A stretch of DNA of 62,715 bases, the filler included, from Syncephalis fuscata S228 (taxonomy: Eukaryota > Fungi > Zoopagomycota), in assembly GCA_025786725.1 (NCBI GenBank). It is 3 parts of 3 records of this genome, joined end to end, with 100 filler letters (N's around TTAATTAATTAA, not from the genome) between each part and the next. Parts side by side here need not be neighbours in the genome. Positions count along the whole stretch, not along the records: positions 26,158 to 50,334 come from JAHLTZ010000132.1; positions 50,435 to 62,715 come from JAHLTZ010000270.1; 1 more part is not named here. One strand, 5' to 3'. Shown here piece after piece: positions 40,651 through 53,596 of this stretch. How positions within the stretch are numbered: the stretch's first letter is position 1; each line of letters opens with the position of its first letter. The position numbers and the translations under genes are program-made. The notes beneath the pieces were generated by a model. The model was not told the DNA's origin. It saw nothing but the letters and a program-made list of their open reading frames with translations, and did no database searches.

Positions 40651-43506
40651 ATGAATAATGATAATGCGTCAGATTATGCTCAGGTAAGCTTGAGGCAATG
40701 AAAATGGCAATTATGAATGTATTGTGTTATTTTACTATTTAATATTATTATTTAATAAGCGACTAACATTTATTATGTAAATCTATAGGAACCAAATGAG
40801 CAAACAGATTCCAATCTGTCCCAAGGATCACAACAGCCACAGCAACGGCCGCTGGACCCGCTAATTGTTTCCATGTTTGTTACAAGCGGTACTATTCCAC
40901 CTCCAGTGGCCGGTGCATCGCTGACGGTAATTGGTGATCGTCTCTGGGTATTTGGTGGTCGATTAGTAAGTAATCGACGTATGACAAGCGAACTCTATTC
41001 GCTCCATATGGAAACATTTGTTTGGCGTAAACATAACAATCTGCCCGGTGATCCTGCACCTGAAGCACGCTATTTCCACAGTGCTGATCAGTATGCACCC
41101 GACCGACTCGTAGTATTTGGTGGTATGGGCCAACGTTTATTGTCAGAAACGAGCAATAACTCTAATGGCCATGATACATCGGTTGTACTATCTGACGTCA
41201 CTGTACTTGATGTTAGTAATCCCGATAATCCACGTTGGCGCCGTCCTAGAATATCTGGACCGATACCACGTGCCAGATATGCGCATTTAACCGCCATTAA
41301 TGGCCACCAACTAGTCGTTATTGGCGGCCAAGATCTACAAAATACATATGTTGAAGATGTGCATACATTAGATCTGGATACATTCACCTGGACACAGGCA
41401 TCGCCATTCCCCAAGCATTGCGGTGTTTATCGCTCCATTGCCCTATGTTATGCTGGTTCAACGTATGTGTACAGTAATTACAATTTTACAGATGTTCGAC
41501 GTGAATTGCAAGTACTTGGTCCAGATCTACATCTTACCGATCGATCTCGTGGTATGACCGGTGAAAATAGACCACCTGGTCTACGTTTCCCCACCGGCCA
41601 TCTTATTGGCGATCATTTGGTCGTGAGTGGTACTTATTTAACCAACACTTCACAAACCTTCTCCACTTGGCTATTGGACATGCGCCGCCTTGTCTGGGCC
41701 CGGCTTGAATGTTCACGCCCTTTACACAAAGGCAGTTGGAATCGTGCCGTACTCGATGCACGCCGCAACCGACACTTAATTCTAGGCAATCGAGAACGTA
41801 CGCTACTTGTAGACTATGAACATCGACGGGTTAATTTTGAACATGTAGCCGCTGTATGCCTTGAATCATACGGTGTATACGATGTGCCACGACAGCGTAT
41901 TAGTGTACTTGGACAAGAGTTGGGTGGTATTTTATTAAATCGACGACAATTTGCAGATTTTGAAATTCGAGTATCTGCAGATGCCAACGATTTGTCAGAT
42001 GATGAAGATAATGACAGTAACAGCAACAATAATAGTCACAATAGTAATAGTGCTGAACATCGTAGTCCGAATGGAAATGAAGAAAGACGACGTACAAGTG
42101 AACATAGTATTTCAAACGACACTGCATCTATGAGCAATGGTCCACGTGGATCTATAGATGAATTAAGTAACGGCAGTGATAATCGCCGTAATTCAGAAAT
42201 AACACTAGTTACCAATCGATCATCATCTTATTCTTTACAAAATACAAATCGACATGTTGGCTTAGACAATACGCCATTACTGCGTGGTGAACGGGTCATC
42301 CTAGTCAATACGGCATTATTACGCCAACGTTGGCCTCATTTTGATCGATTGGTACGATCTAATACGAAAGAAAATCAACAGCGCTTTCTACGCTTACCCG
42401 AGCCATATTCGGTCATCCGTCATCTACTTCATTATTTGTATACAGGCGCACTTGACCCATCCTCTTCAGTGGATGTACTTGGTGAACTTATGGTACTTGG
42501 CGATGTTTATGACTTGAAAGAAATGTTATCACAAGCTGCCCATGTACTTCATGGTCGATTAACACTTGATACAGCACCACATATATTCAGATATGCCACC
42601 CTGGCTCATCGTAATGGATTACGTGTACGGGCATTAAGAATTATGCGTAGAAATGCCGATGTACTTGCTCGTTCAGTGGCCCTTTGGCAATTGCCAGATG
42701 CAATTCGTAATGATGTCATTGCATTTCTACCCCCTAACTTTCCTCGTACGCCACCAGCATCGGTCGCGGCCGTTCTAGCAGGAAGTCAAGCGCCGTCTAC
42801 ACGTCAAAATACACCCCGTCCTACACCGCCATCGGTATCAGAAAGAGCAGTGGATGCAGCGACGACGGCCGTAGCATCTACCATGCTGCCCATGACGTCT
42901 ACAACAGCAGCATCAACGACGACAACGATAGCTGAAGAAAATGAGCCTGGTCATAATGGTAACAACAATTATAATAATAATAGTATTAGTAATAGTAATA
43001 ATAACAATTCTAATCTTTCCACGACCACTCGAACCATCAATGGCTGGTCGTTCAATGACTCTATCAGCACCAATGGATATATAGTTAACGGGATACATAC
43101 ACGGCCGGAACGACCACTACACTCGAACCATCCTAGTATTAGTGGCACGTCAACATTTAGTGTAGATTCTGCCAATTCACGTCGCTGGATGCATCGTCCA
43201 AGCGCTGTCGGGTTATCGGCCATTGAAAGCCACCAACACCACACGGAGGAGGAGCAGCACAGCAACGTCAACTATCTTCATTACATTACATACCGGGTAC
43301 CACCACTACTAACCATAACAACAGCACAGCAACAGCACAGCAACAGCAAGCAACGACCTATGCAAGACAACATATGCGAGCGGCCTCTACTTCAACAACG
43401 ACAATGCATCGATAATTTGTCTATTTGTTTTCGCTATTATCTGTGTTATTGCTGTTGTTTAATTTCTTCTATTATAATTCAACTATTTCATTTATTTCCA
43501 ACGTAA
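40651..43506 (+). CDS. Kelch-repeat + BTB/POZ protein (Ral2/Mds3-like)
   Basis: First exon MNNDNASDYAQ|, intron 40684-40788. Kelch repeats (VFGG, ARYFHS, ARYAH), the YSNYNFTDVRRELQ and PPGLRFP motifs, and a BTB region (LLHYLYTG). The true stop may be ~43414 if there is a frameshift near 43250. Confidence 0.88.
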
Positions 43507-44004
43507 ATGCCATACTAGTTTTGCGAATTAACCATTATAGCGTAATACAAATACAAATGATTTAAATGACAATGTATATAGATATAGACACGTAAGAGAT
43601 AATAATAATAATAATAATAATAATAGGTATTAGTAACTAGTAGAAAATGGTAATATAGTATTTACTATTAAAAAACATTAATATATTATTATTAAGTGAA
43701 AAATATTTATTGGCTTTATATTTAACATTGAACTGTGAATGGTCAGTCTAAAAAATAAATGACCATTCATAGAAACTAAGTAAGAACTTTAGTGTTGTGT
43801 GTGCGTGCTTATTTAGATTTAGGTGTCATTACAAAAGTGTTGATACGTCAAGAGTTGTTGTTGTTGTTGTTGAAAAGCAAGTTATTTCCATCAGTCCACT
43901 ACCGTTAAAGCCGGTAGATGAGCGATGAGATTGAACAAAAGAAAGAGAAAAGTAAAACGACAAAGCAGAACAAGAATATAGAAGGAGTTATACAGCATGG
44001 ATCA

Positions 44005-47000
44005 TTATTCATCGGAAAGTTCCAACATTTTAACCTCGCCATGACTATTACCGGCAATCATATTGTTAGTTTTACGGCGCCAGGCCACAGCACTAACAAA
44101 TAACGTTGCATCATTGGATCGAGATTCTTGACCCTGTTAACAACAGTCATTAATATTTCATTGTTATTATTAAATAGTCTATGTAAACTTACCCTTAAAA
44201 TACTGGTGGTGTTAAATGGTGTTACAATGGCTGGTTGGGTTAATGGTGCAAAATAAGTATAAATGTTATTATCTTCACTCCCACAACTGATCCATTGACC
44301 GTCATGACTAACAGATAGACCGACAAAGTTCTTGTCATTGACATGGCCTTTGTACGTGCGTAGACATTTGCCCGATTCAGAATGACTCCACGATTTGAGT
44401 GAAGCATCGGTTGAAACAGTAATAAATGTATCAGCATCTAAATAGCGAATACAAGAGATGGCTTTTCGGTGACCTTGACACACATAGAGTGGTTCAGAGG
44501 GATATCTCAAGTCGTAACAGTAAGCATAGTGATCTATAATGAATAAATGCATATACATAGGTGGGTGAGTGGTGTTGAATTGTAGTAATAGAGATATCAA
44601 CTTACCTGCACAGCCAAACGTGAGAATGTTGCTATCTTTTGGACTAAATCGCACTGTGCAAATATTGGCTTTACCATAAATGGTCATGGCTGATGTTGCT
44701 TGACTAGTAGACCAGATTTTAACTAATTAAATCGTACATTATTATTAGTATGACTACTATTAGTATGACTGTTTAATAATCACCTTTGGCATCATCACTG
44801 CCACTAGCTAGACGGGTTCTATCGTTGGGTGCATAATCGACTGACCATGCACGGCACTCGTGTTCTTGGTAGGCAGAGACTGGTTTGCCACTACTTGTAT
44901 CCAATATTGTAACAATACCATCATAATCTGCACTGGCCAGCTGAACAGGATTGTAGTGATTCCACGAAACACAGCTAAACACGGTTGAGATACATTTATG
45001 GTCAACACGCTATACTGTACAGCTTATTCTATTCGCCTACCTTATTCGATTGGGACCGGTAATTTCTCGAATGGGCAGTAGATGCGGTGTATCGGTCGTT
45101 GAATCACGAATGATGCCTTCAGATTGTACTTGACGGTGATGTCGCATCCAATCACAGAAACTATTGATTTCAAATAGTTTAATCTTGCGAGTAACACCGG
45201 CCAGTGCAAAGTGTGTATCTTCCACATTGAATTCTATACTGGACACAATGGCTGATGCATTAATGGAATCACCATAGCGCATACGGCCCAGTGAACGCAT
45301 TGTTCTGTTTTGTGATAATGTCTCGATATAAGATGTTATATTAGAAAATGCACCAACGGGCTGAGTGCGGTCAAGTACAGGTTCTATTTATATGATTATA
45401 TAAGTTACTGTGTTTACAAGTGTAATCATTGGCAGATGTAATAAATACATCGCTATATCAATACAGTATAATAATGACAGCTACTTACGATTAGCAACTT
45501 GATTCAAGTATAAATCACCTAATTCAGGATAGAATTGCTCAATACGTCGTCGATGCTGATAACTAATTGTATCGTTGGCATGTGTAGGCGTACTATTAGA
45601 TTAATGTTAACATAAATACTTGTATAGCACCGTGTAGTGTGAGTAACTTACGCTGGTGGATCGATCATTAGTGACTCATCCTAATATGACTATGGTAAAT
45701 ACAACTGCTACTGTGCATTAGTAATTATTACTAACCTGATAGCTGCGTTTAATACTGGCCCATCCACGATCATCACCGTGATGATAGTCGTTCATATCGA
45801 CAACACGGCCCATACGATGACCTGATGTCGGTACATCTGGTACAATGTTGGACATTTGCATATTGGTTGTGTATTGTTGGGCCGAAGAGGCAGCTTGTTG
45901 GATGCCATCCTCCAAATGTGTCAACTGTCTTTGCATTGTGTCCATTTTCTATTTATATTTATATACATGGCTTGTTATTAGTCTATGGCATATCAATGGT
46001 GCCATTTAACTTACCGATTGGAGTGAATCTTCAATGACTGAAATAGATCGCCTAGTAATTGAAAAGTTTCAGCCTTTCGTTGATCATTCTGTATCTGTGC
46101 CGTATCTAGTGCCCAATCATTTGAATTGACATCTAATCACATATATCGAGTTAATTGATGATTAAAATGTAAATAATATAATAGTCTGCTATGCTATATT
46201 ATATTATTGTTATCAATATTTACCTTGGCTAGTCTCGTGGAGTGAGGCGTCAAGTGCCGAAAGTGGAAATTGCAATGATGAAGGCATTTGTTGTGCTTGA
46301 CGTATAAGACGAGCACTTCGAATTACGACATTTACTAAACATCGTTTAATTCAATTCAATTCAATAACTAGTTATATAAATATTAAATTATACCTACGTT
46401 GAATATTATTTTGTAAATCGCTTTTCAAACTAGTACGTTTGCACATTGGACACTTTTGATCGTTGGTTAAATGGCGATGAATACAATTACAACTGCCATT
46501 ACTCATTGTAAGCTACAGTTAGTTAATATTGTACATAACTTACCAGAATGAATGCTGACATGGTAGACTGGTGGCATCTTCCATTAAATTATGGCAAATT
46601 GGGCTATATTCATCAACAATTACCATATAAGTTACCAATCCTTTGCAGCCTTTGATGCAGAATAAAGATTTAACAACATCTTTTCCACTTACCATTTAAG
46701 TCCTTGGTCTTCTGTCAGTTGTAGAAGGGCCATCATTGCTGGTTCCATACCGCTTAACGAGCTGTTGTTGGGCAAGCGCGATGGATAAGGCATAGCACGA
46801 TTGTTTGTAGCGGGTGTTCTAACCATCGTATTCGATGCCGTGCGCCTTAAACGCTTATTTGGCCGTGCTTCGATAGGCAGCTCACTGTCCCGTTCAACCG
46901 CTCCCTGTGCTAATAAGCGAGAGACTACCATGTTACTAGTTGTATATTGCGAGTTTGGATGCGAGTTTGGAAATAAAGGATGCTGTGTTGGCGTCTGTCT

Positions 47001-47195
47001 CCTTTGCTGTTCCATAGATGCTGTTCTTATTGCTGTTGCTTGTCTTGCCGATGAAGAAAGTATGCGTTGACCAGAATAATGAGTAATACGTCTCTGCGAT
47101 GCTAAGTCGGGAAAGTCGATTGGATGGGTTGAGTTACTGGTAGCGGCGGTAGTAGTAACCGTCTCGTCAAGTTCAATATTTATAGGTTGACTCAT
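44005..47195 (-). CDS. COP1: E3 ubiquitin ligase COP1/RFWD2 (RING - coiled coil - WD40)
   Basis: RING motif (C)PICHNLMEDATSLPCQHSFC..C..CPMC. COP1-type WD40 motifs IVSSIEF..FALAGVTRKIK, LASADYDG, YQEHECRAWSVD, LASGSDD, KANICTVRF, GHRKAIS, GHVNDKNFVGLS, CGSEDN and AGNSHGEVKMLEL. Confidence 0.9.
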
Positions 47196-47761
47196 GGCAA
47201 GCTGAACTAAAAAAAGAAGCTCCTTTTGGTAGCCAAGCAATGAGTTTGCCAAGTATTACACCTCACCCACAAAGTGGTGCCTTATTTGACAAAAAACCAA
47301 GCAGAAAGTTTGTTTAATAAGCACGCACAATAAAGTAAGAATAGAGTTGGCCAAGTAGAAAGTGTGTTTTAAAAGTGATTAAAGTAGAGGGAAAACGCCA
47401 AACTTTCAAAGTTGTTATAGATGGTCATAGGAGTGGAAGAAAGCGGGGTAAAGAGTAGGCTCAACACTGTAGCAATAGAACAATAAAGAATACGAGTAGT
47501 TAAAACGAAAGGAGGCAGCTTAGTGTAGTAAGTGTATTCTTTAGAGCCTAATTCCCCAAAACAAAGAACAGTAAGTGTGTAGGTGTGTGATCACTATAGT
47601 ATACAATTTCAGATTGGCACAATAGTAAACGAACACTGTGTATACTCAGGAACAGCTTTATAAATCAAAGGCGAAGTATATACCGTGTAACGGGCAACGC
47701 ATTTATTTCCAGTATATGCCAAATTCCAAGGAGTGTCTCACATCACCGAGTGCAATCATCC

Positions 47762-48222
47762 ATGCTGCAACGCCCCTAAACGCCTTTGCTTTATTGAAAA
47801 AAATACGTATATAATACAGTGGAGTACAAATCATGGTCAATTATTAATCATTTCTGACAGTTTGAAGCCATGTGAGCATGGTGCTGGCGAATGGCAACGC
47901 GGCTTTGTAGCACGTACGTATCGATTGCAACGCCGGACCCAGGGAGAACTCCTGTCCGTTTATAATGCACAATGTAAGCGGCACGCACAACGTGTAAGCC
48001 TCTTGCTTGAAACGAGGGCTTACCGGCCTTGCTATCAACGCAACTCAACGTTGTTGCTATATTCTATCAAGGACTATGGCAGCAATATCTTGTTTATTGT
48101 ACAGCACGGCGATTCTAATAATGGATGGACTGTTGTTTTCCATTCCTGGATGGCCAAGAAGTGGGCGAAGCCGTTGCATGGCGAAACTGGCAACGTTTTG
48201 TGGAACAGCGCAAAGTATTCTA
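47762..48222 (+). CDS. Hypothetical small protein (fragmented frames)
   Basis: A GC-elevated island with a plausible intron at ~47807-47860 and overlapping open frames. No recognisable motif. Confidence 0.3.
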
Positions 48223-48611
48223 GCAAAGAAGTGTAAAAGAACCTGGCCAAAACATTTACCAAACGTAAAAGGATCATGATAAGCAAGTATGCATGGCAAT
48301 GTTAATAATAAGAATAGTCTAATAATAGCTTAATAATGTTATTTATCCTCATAACAATAACAACAATAAACAAGTGATACATTGATCCATTATATTTTAT
48401 CTGGCCATTGTTTACATAACATTGTCTTTAATACCTTTGCAAAGCAGTGTAATTCACCGAATAGCTAAACGACTACATTGAATTAAAAATAGAATATGTT
48501 TGTGCCATGATTGAATTTAATAAGCCAATGACCAGATTTGTTTATTTCACCTATTGAAATACAAAACTCGTCTTATTTACAGCAACGCCATCTTACTAGA
48601 TGTTATTGCCG

Positions 48612-49464
48612 TTAGATGCGGCCACCTCCGCGACGATTATTAAAGAATGCCTTAACTACATAGACTTGAATAGCCGCCATTGTAACAATGGTGGCACTTT
48701 CAAAAAACGAAAACCAAAATACTCGGTTTTCAGTGCTTTTAACCGTACTGAAGTTGCGATTTTCACGAGTACGGAAGTATTTCTGGGCGCGTAGCACATG
48801 GCCAACGCCTGCGTTCATACGAAAGATGCTTTCATCCATGGCCGATGCTTGTTCGGCGCCCAAAGGATGTGCAACTGGCATTGAAGCTTTGTGCTCTTCA
48901 TTTTCAACGGAAATGTCAAAATCAATCAACTTCTGGCCCGACGATACTTGTGAATTATCAAAGCAGAACGAGTATTCGCCCTGGCTATTGCCTGTAAAGA
49001 TATAATCACCTTGACGCTTCTTTGAGCCGGTAAATAGAATTCGCGTCGATGGATCGGTTACGGAAAAGTCGATATAAAATCACCGCCCGTTTGTACCTAT
49101 AACCATCAATTGGTGCGTTTGTTCGTTAGCTAGTTAGTTAACAGTGCTATTGACGCTGCATTTCTGTTATTCGTCGCTTTCGTTTCTTCATCGCGTGACC
49201 ATATGACGCAATTGGACCACGCGATGCTTAATAGTGTATTGTCCTTTGTAAGCCACATGATCTCGCGCTATCAAAGGCTGTTCACTCTTAACAATCTCTC
49301 GGCCTGTCTTACCGCAAAATAGAAGGCCACCTTACGACCAGCCTCAGGTACCCAGGTGTAGAAGCACTCATGGGCACCCTGGTTCACCCAGTAGGTTAAT
49401 GAGGTGGCCAGTACATTCTGGCCAGTAGTGCAAGTGATAATAGCAAAGTAAGCGCCTTCATCAT
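48612..49464 (-). CDS. p24/EMP24/GP25L family cargo receptor (gamma, Erp2/3/4-like)
   Basis: Signal MMKALTLLLSLALL; ECFY; VAFYFAV|QTGG; GEYSFCFDN; QKYFRTRENRNFSTVKSTENRVFWFS; C-terminal TM plus FF motif. Minor frameshifts. Confidence 0.9.
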
Positions 49465-50334
49465 CGTAGTATAATAGAACAGAGACGAATAAACGAAGAT
49501 TGACGAACGAAATGACGATGAAGAGGCGCTGTTGCTGTTGTGGGCCAGTCAGCTTCAACCACGTCGTTGACGAATAATTTTCAAGTTTTTGATTTGAAAA
49601 CTGTAAGTTCAATCGACGATTTACGCCTTCAACTATTATCCTTTACACACTACACTCGTTTGTTTAAAGCAGTATACTTAATTCAATAAATTGTAATAAT
49701 AATTGGTTATGGGTTTTGAAAAGCGGTGTGTGTATACAATGTAGATTAATAGAACATATAACTAAACAGTGTTTGGCCAATGGACGGCTATAATATCTGA
49801 TGACGTTGATAGTATTGGTTTAGGATAGATAGTGTGATAATAGAAAGACTGATACAATCCTGTATTGATCATCACTAGGCATACGTCAGGTAAAAGTACT
49901 GATAAGTTGGATTGTTTAAGCTGTGAAAGAGAATAAATAAAAAATGTGTTGATTTGTAGAGAGGTATTGTGTATATGATACTATAGCTATTATGGTGGAT
50001 GTTGTATACATGATAGTAGCAATGTTAGCTGTATTGCAAGTATGACTGCCAAACTGGATTATCATTCATTACCAATATTAAAACAAATAACAAAACATGT
50101 ATATATAATAGAAAATGTAATTGTGCTAATGCAAATGTTTATTAGCAATAAGATTACATTAAACAATTTCAGCTATTATCCATGACCATGACTTTGTTGA
50201 AGATATGGAAAGTATTTTGTCTAATTTTATTTTCCATTTACATCGAATGCATAGATGTAGTTAGTGAGGTGATATAAATGAATGGTAAGTGAGTGAATAC
50301 TGATTATAGATTATAATAAGTATATATATATATG

Positions 50335-50433
50335 NNNNNNNNNNNNNNNNNNNNNNNNNNNNNNNNNNNNNNNNNNNNTTAATTAATTAANNNNNNNNNN
50401 NNNNNNNNNNNNNNNNNNNNNNNNNNNNNNNNN
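50335..50433. other. Assembly gap with TTAATTAATTAA spacer
   Basis: N-runs with the spacer; the gap truncates the integrase ORF. Confidence 0.95.
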
Positions 50434-53400
50434 NGTGTCATCTCGACGTCGTTGGTTAGCATATTGTGCCTGTCTATCCTGAGCGTACGATATGTTGTCT
50501 TTTACCGCCTTTTGTATCGCTTCTAGTCGCTGTAAAAACTCCTCAGCTGCTGGTACTGTTATATTATCGCTATCAGCTGGCATAGTCGTTGTTATTGGAT
50601 GACGTCCATATACAGAGAAGAAAGGTGTAATACCAGTAGTAGCGTTAGTACTATTGTTATAGGCAAATTCTAATGCAGGTAAGTATTTATCCCAATCATC
50701 TTGTTGTTGGCTAATAACATGACGTAACATTTCTTCGATGGTTCTGTTGGTTCGCTCAGTCTGGCCGTCAGTCTGTGGATGATTTGCAGTTGATCTGGCT
50801 AATTTAGTACCGGTAAATTCAAATAAGGCTTCCCAGAATCGGCTAGTAAATCGTGGGTCACGATCAGAGATTATGGATCGTGGAAGACCATGTAGACGAT
50901 ATACATGGTCGAAGTATAGTCGTGCGGTGTCAACAGCTGTGACAGTGTTGGTAGTAGGCACGAAGTGGGCTTGTTTACTAAAGCGGTCAACTACTACCAT
51001 TAACGCATCTGCACCTTTTTCAGTGAGTGGTAGATGTGTAATAAAATCCATACTAACTGAGTCCCATGCATGTGCAGGTATTTCAAGTGGTTGTAATAAG
51101 CCACCTGGTCGTCGATTAGTGGCCTTATTACGTTGGCAAGTATCGCAGGAAGTGACATAGCGGTGGACGGTGTTGTGTAGTGATGGCCAGTAAAAATGGC
51201 GATGAATAGCCAGGTATGTTTTATCTACACCTAGATGGCCGGCTACGATGGCATCGTGATGATCGTGTAGTATATCTTGACGTAATTGGTTATTTTTAGG
51301 TACACATAATCGATCACCGTTGAAATATAACAATCCATCAGTTAGTCGATACTTGACTAACTTGGTACGAAGAGCTGGAAGTGGCGTTGTCGTATTAAGC
51401 TGGGCGTATATTTCACCAAAGTCAACATCGTTGGCGTACAAGTTTTTAATTTGATCAATATATGTAAAACTGACAGTAGTTAAACTGGACAGTTGTAAAT
51501 CAGGCCGTCTGGATAATGAATCGGCTACAATATTGTTTTTCCCGGGCTTATATTCGATCAATACGTCATATTCTTGTAATAGTTCTGACCATCTTGCTTG
51601 TCTGGTTGATAAATTCGGTTGACTCTGGAAGTACTGCAAGGTTTTATGGTCAGTATACGCGTGAAATGACGATCCATGTAAGTAGTGGCGCCAAATCTTT
51701 AAAGCATCTATTAATGCTAATAGTTCTTGTTCATGTACCGGATAATTGCGTTCAGCGGGCTTCATTTTGCGCGAATGATAAGCAATGGGGTGCCAATGAC
51801 CATCACGATCTTGCTGCAACAGGCAGCACCTACAGCAAAGCCAGAAGCATCGGTTCTACACGGAAAGGCTGATGTACGTCGACTATTTGTAATACTGGAG
51901 CTTGGGTCATTGTCTTCTTTAGTATATCAAATGATTTTTGAGCTTCATGGTCCATAAGAAACGACGATCTTGACATAGTAGATCGGTAAGTGGTGTGGCT
52001 ATAGCAGAGTAATTTTTAATAAACTTTCTATAGTAGTTGGCCAAGCCTGTAAAAGCGCGTATATCAGTGACGTTTCGTGGTGTAGGCCAATCAGAAATGG
52101 CCTTTATCTTAGCTGGATCAGCTTTTACACCATTAGCACATAGCAAATGGCCTAAATATTCAACTTCATCCTTAAATAATTCACATTTTGACCATTTGGC
52201 GTATAAGTGGTTGTCGCGAAGTATTTGTAATACTTGGCGTAGGTGTCGTTCGTGGTCTTCTGGTGTTTTTACTGTAGATGAGAATATCGTCCAAATAGAC
52301 AATAACACATTTGTCTAGTAATGGCCTAAATAGATAGTTTACCAGTGTTTGAAAACTGGATGGTGCATTACTTTGACCAAAACTAACTACTAGCCATTCA
52401 AAGTGACCATAGCGGGTGCGAAAGCCGTCTTGGGTATATCCTCTTCTACTACACGTAGTTGATGATAAGCAGAGCGTAGATCTATCTTAGAAAAGACAGT
52501 TGCGCCTAACACTTGGTCGAATAAATCTTCATCCTTGGCAATGGGTACTTGTTCTTGATAGTGATTTTATTCAGCGCTCGATAATCAACACACATGCGCA
52601 TACCACCATCTTTCTTCTTGACGAAAAGAACAGGCGCACCGTAGGGCGATATACTAGACGAATATATCCCGCGTCAAGTAATTCGGTAAGTTGGTTTTAA
52701 GTTCTTTAAGTTCCAGAGGGGACAATCGGTATAAGGCGTTACTGGGTGGTGTTGCGCCTGGTATCAAATCGATACGATGATCTAATCCATCACGTTTTGG
52801 CGGCAATTGTTTCGGTAGTTTGTCGGGAAATACGTCAGCAAAGTCGTTGCGTAATCCAGTCAATACTGGAGTGATGGATGGGTCATTTGAGTGATTAGCA
52901 ACTTCATTTAGCGGATTATCGGCTGGTCGTACAATGGCTAGGTGTAATTCATCTGTTCGTTTAGCATAGCGTTTAAATTGTAAGGCAGATAATGGCAATA
53001 TGGTTGGTTGTCTATGTGCATTTGCTTGCCATACAATGTGTCGATATCATGCATAAACGTAACAGTGTTAATTAACCAATCTATCTGTGGATTATAGCGG
53101 GCTAGCCACGGTTTACCGAGTATTACGTCGTGTTCTAAAGGAACAACCAAAAACGATAAACGGTCTTTGTAACCAGTGGAAGTAAGGAGCGCACCAGCCA
53201 GTTGGCGGTCACACGTATACGAACGGCCATCTGCCACGTGTACGGTCGATGGGTATTTAACTTTATGGGTGTGTGCGCGAATATGTTTCACAAGATTTGC
53301 GGATACAAAGTTATCAGCTGCTCCACTATCTATTAGTACCGTAACTTTTCTACCTAATAAACGAGCATTGATACGTAATAAATCGTGAGCGTGTGGATAT

Positions 53401-53596
53401 TTTGACAATAAACTTTGTTCCTTTAAAAGTGCATCAGTGTCATCAACAACATTAGCATGAGGAAATAATGGCGCAGAAACAAGCAATTCATCATCAGAAG
53501 TAAGCGAGAGAAGATCGGGGGTGGCATCACAGAAATAGTATTTAGTTGGGCACCAGTAGGTTGTGATGCTGACACTACTGGTGCTGGACTTTTCCC
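50434..53596 (-). CDS. Pol of element 1 (PR-RT-RH-IN), entered by a -1 frameshift; further frameshifts present
   Basis: ORF fragments 53423-53611, 52938-53486, 52654-52998, 51919-52308 and 50383-51819 carry consecutive pol motifs. Confidence 0.9.
53524..53596 (-). promoter_or_regulatory. -1 ribosomal frameshift signal (GGGAAAA + H-type pseudoknot)
   Basis: Slippery G GGA AAA, 5-nt spacer, stem 1 GCACCAGTAG/CTACTGGTGC, stem 2 GCATCACA/TGTGATGC. Confidence 0.85.
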
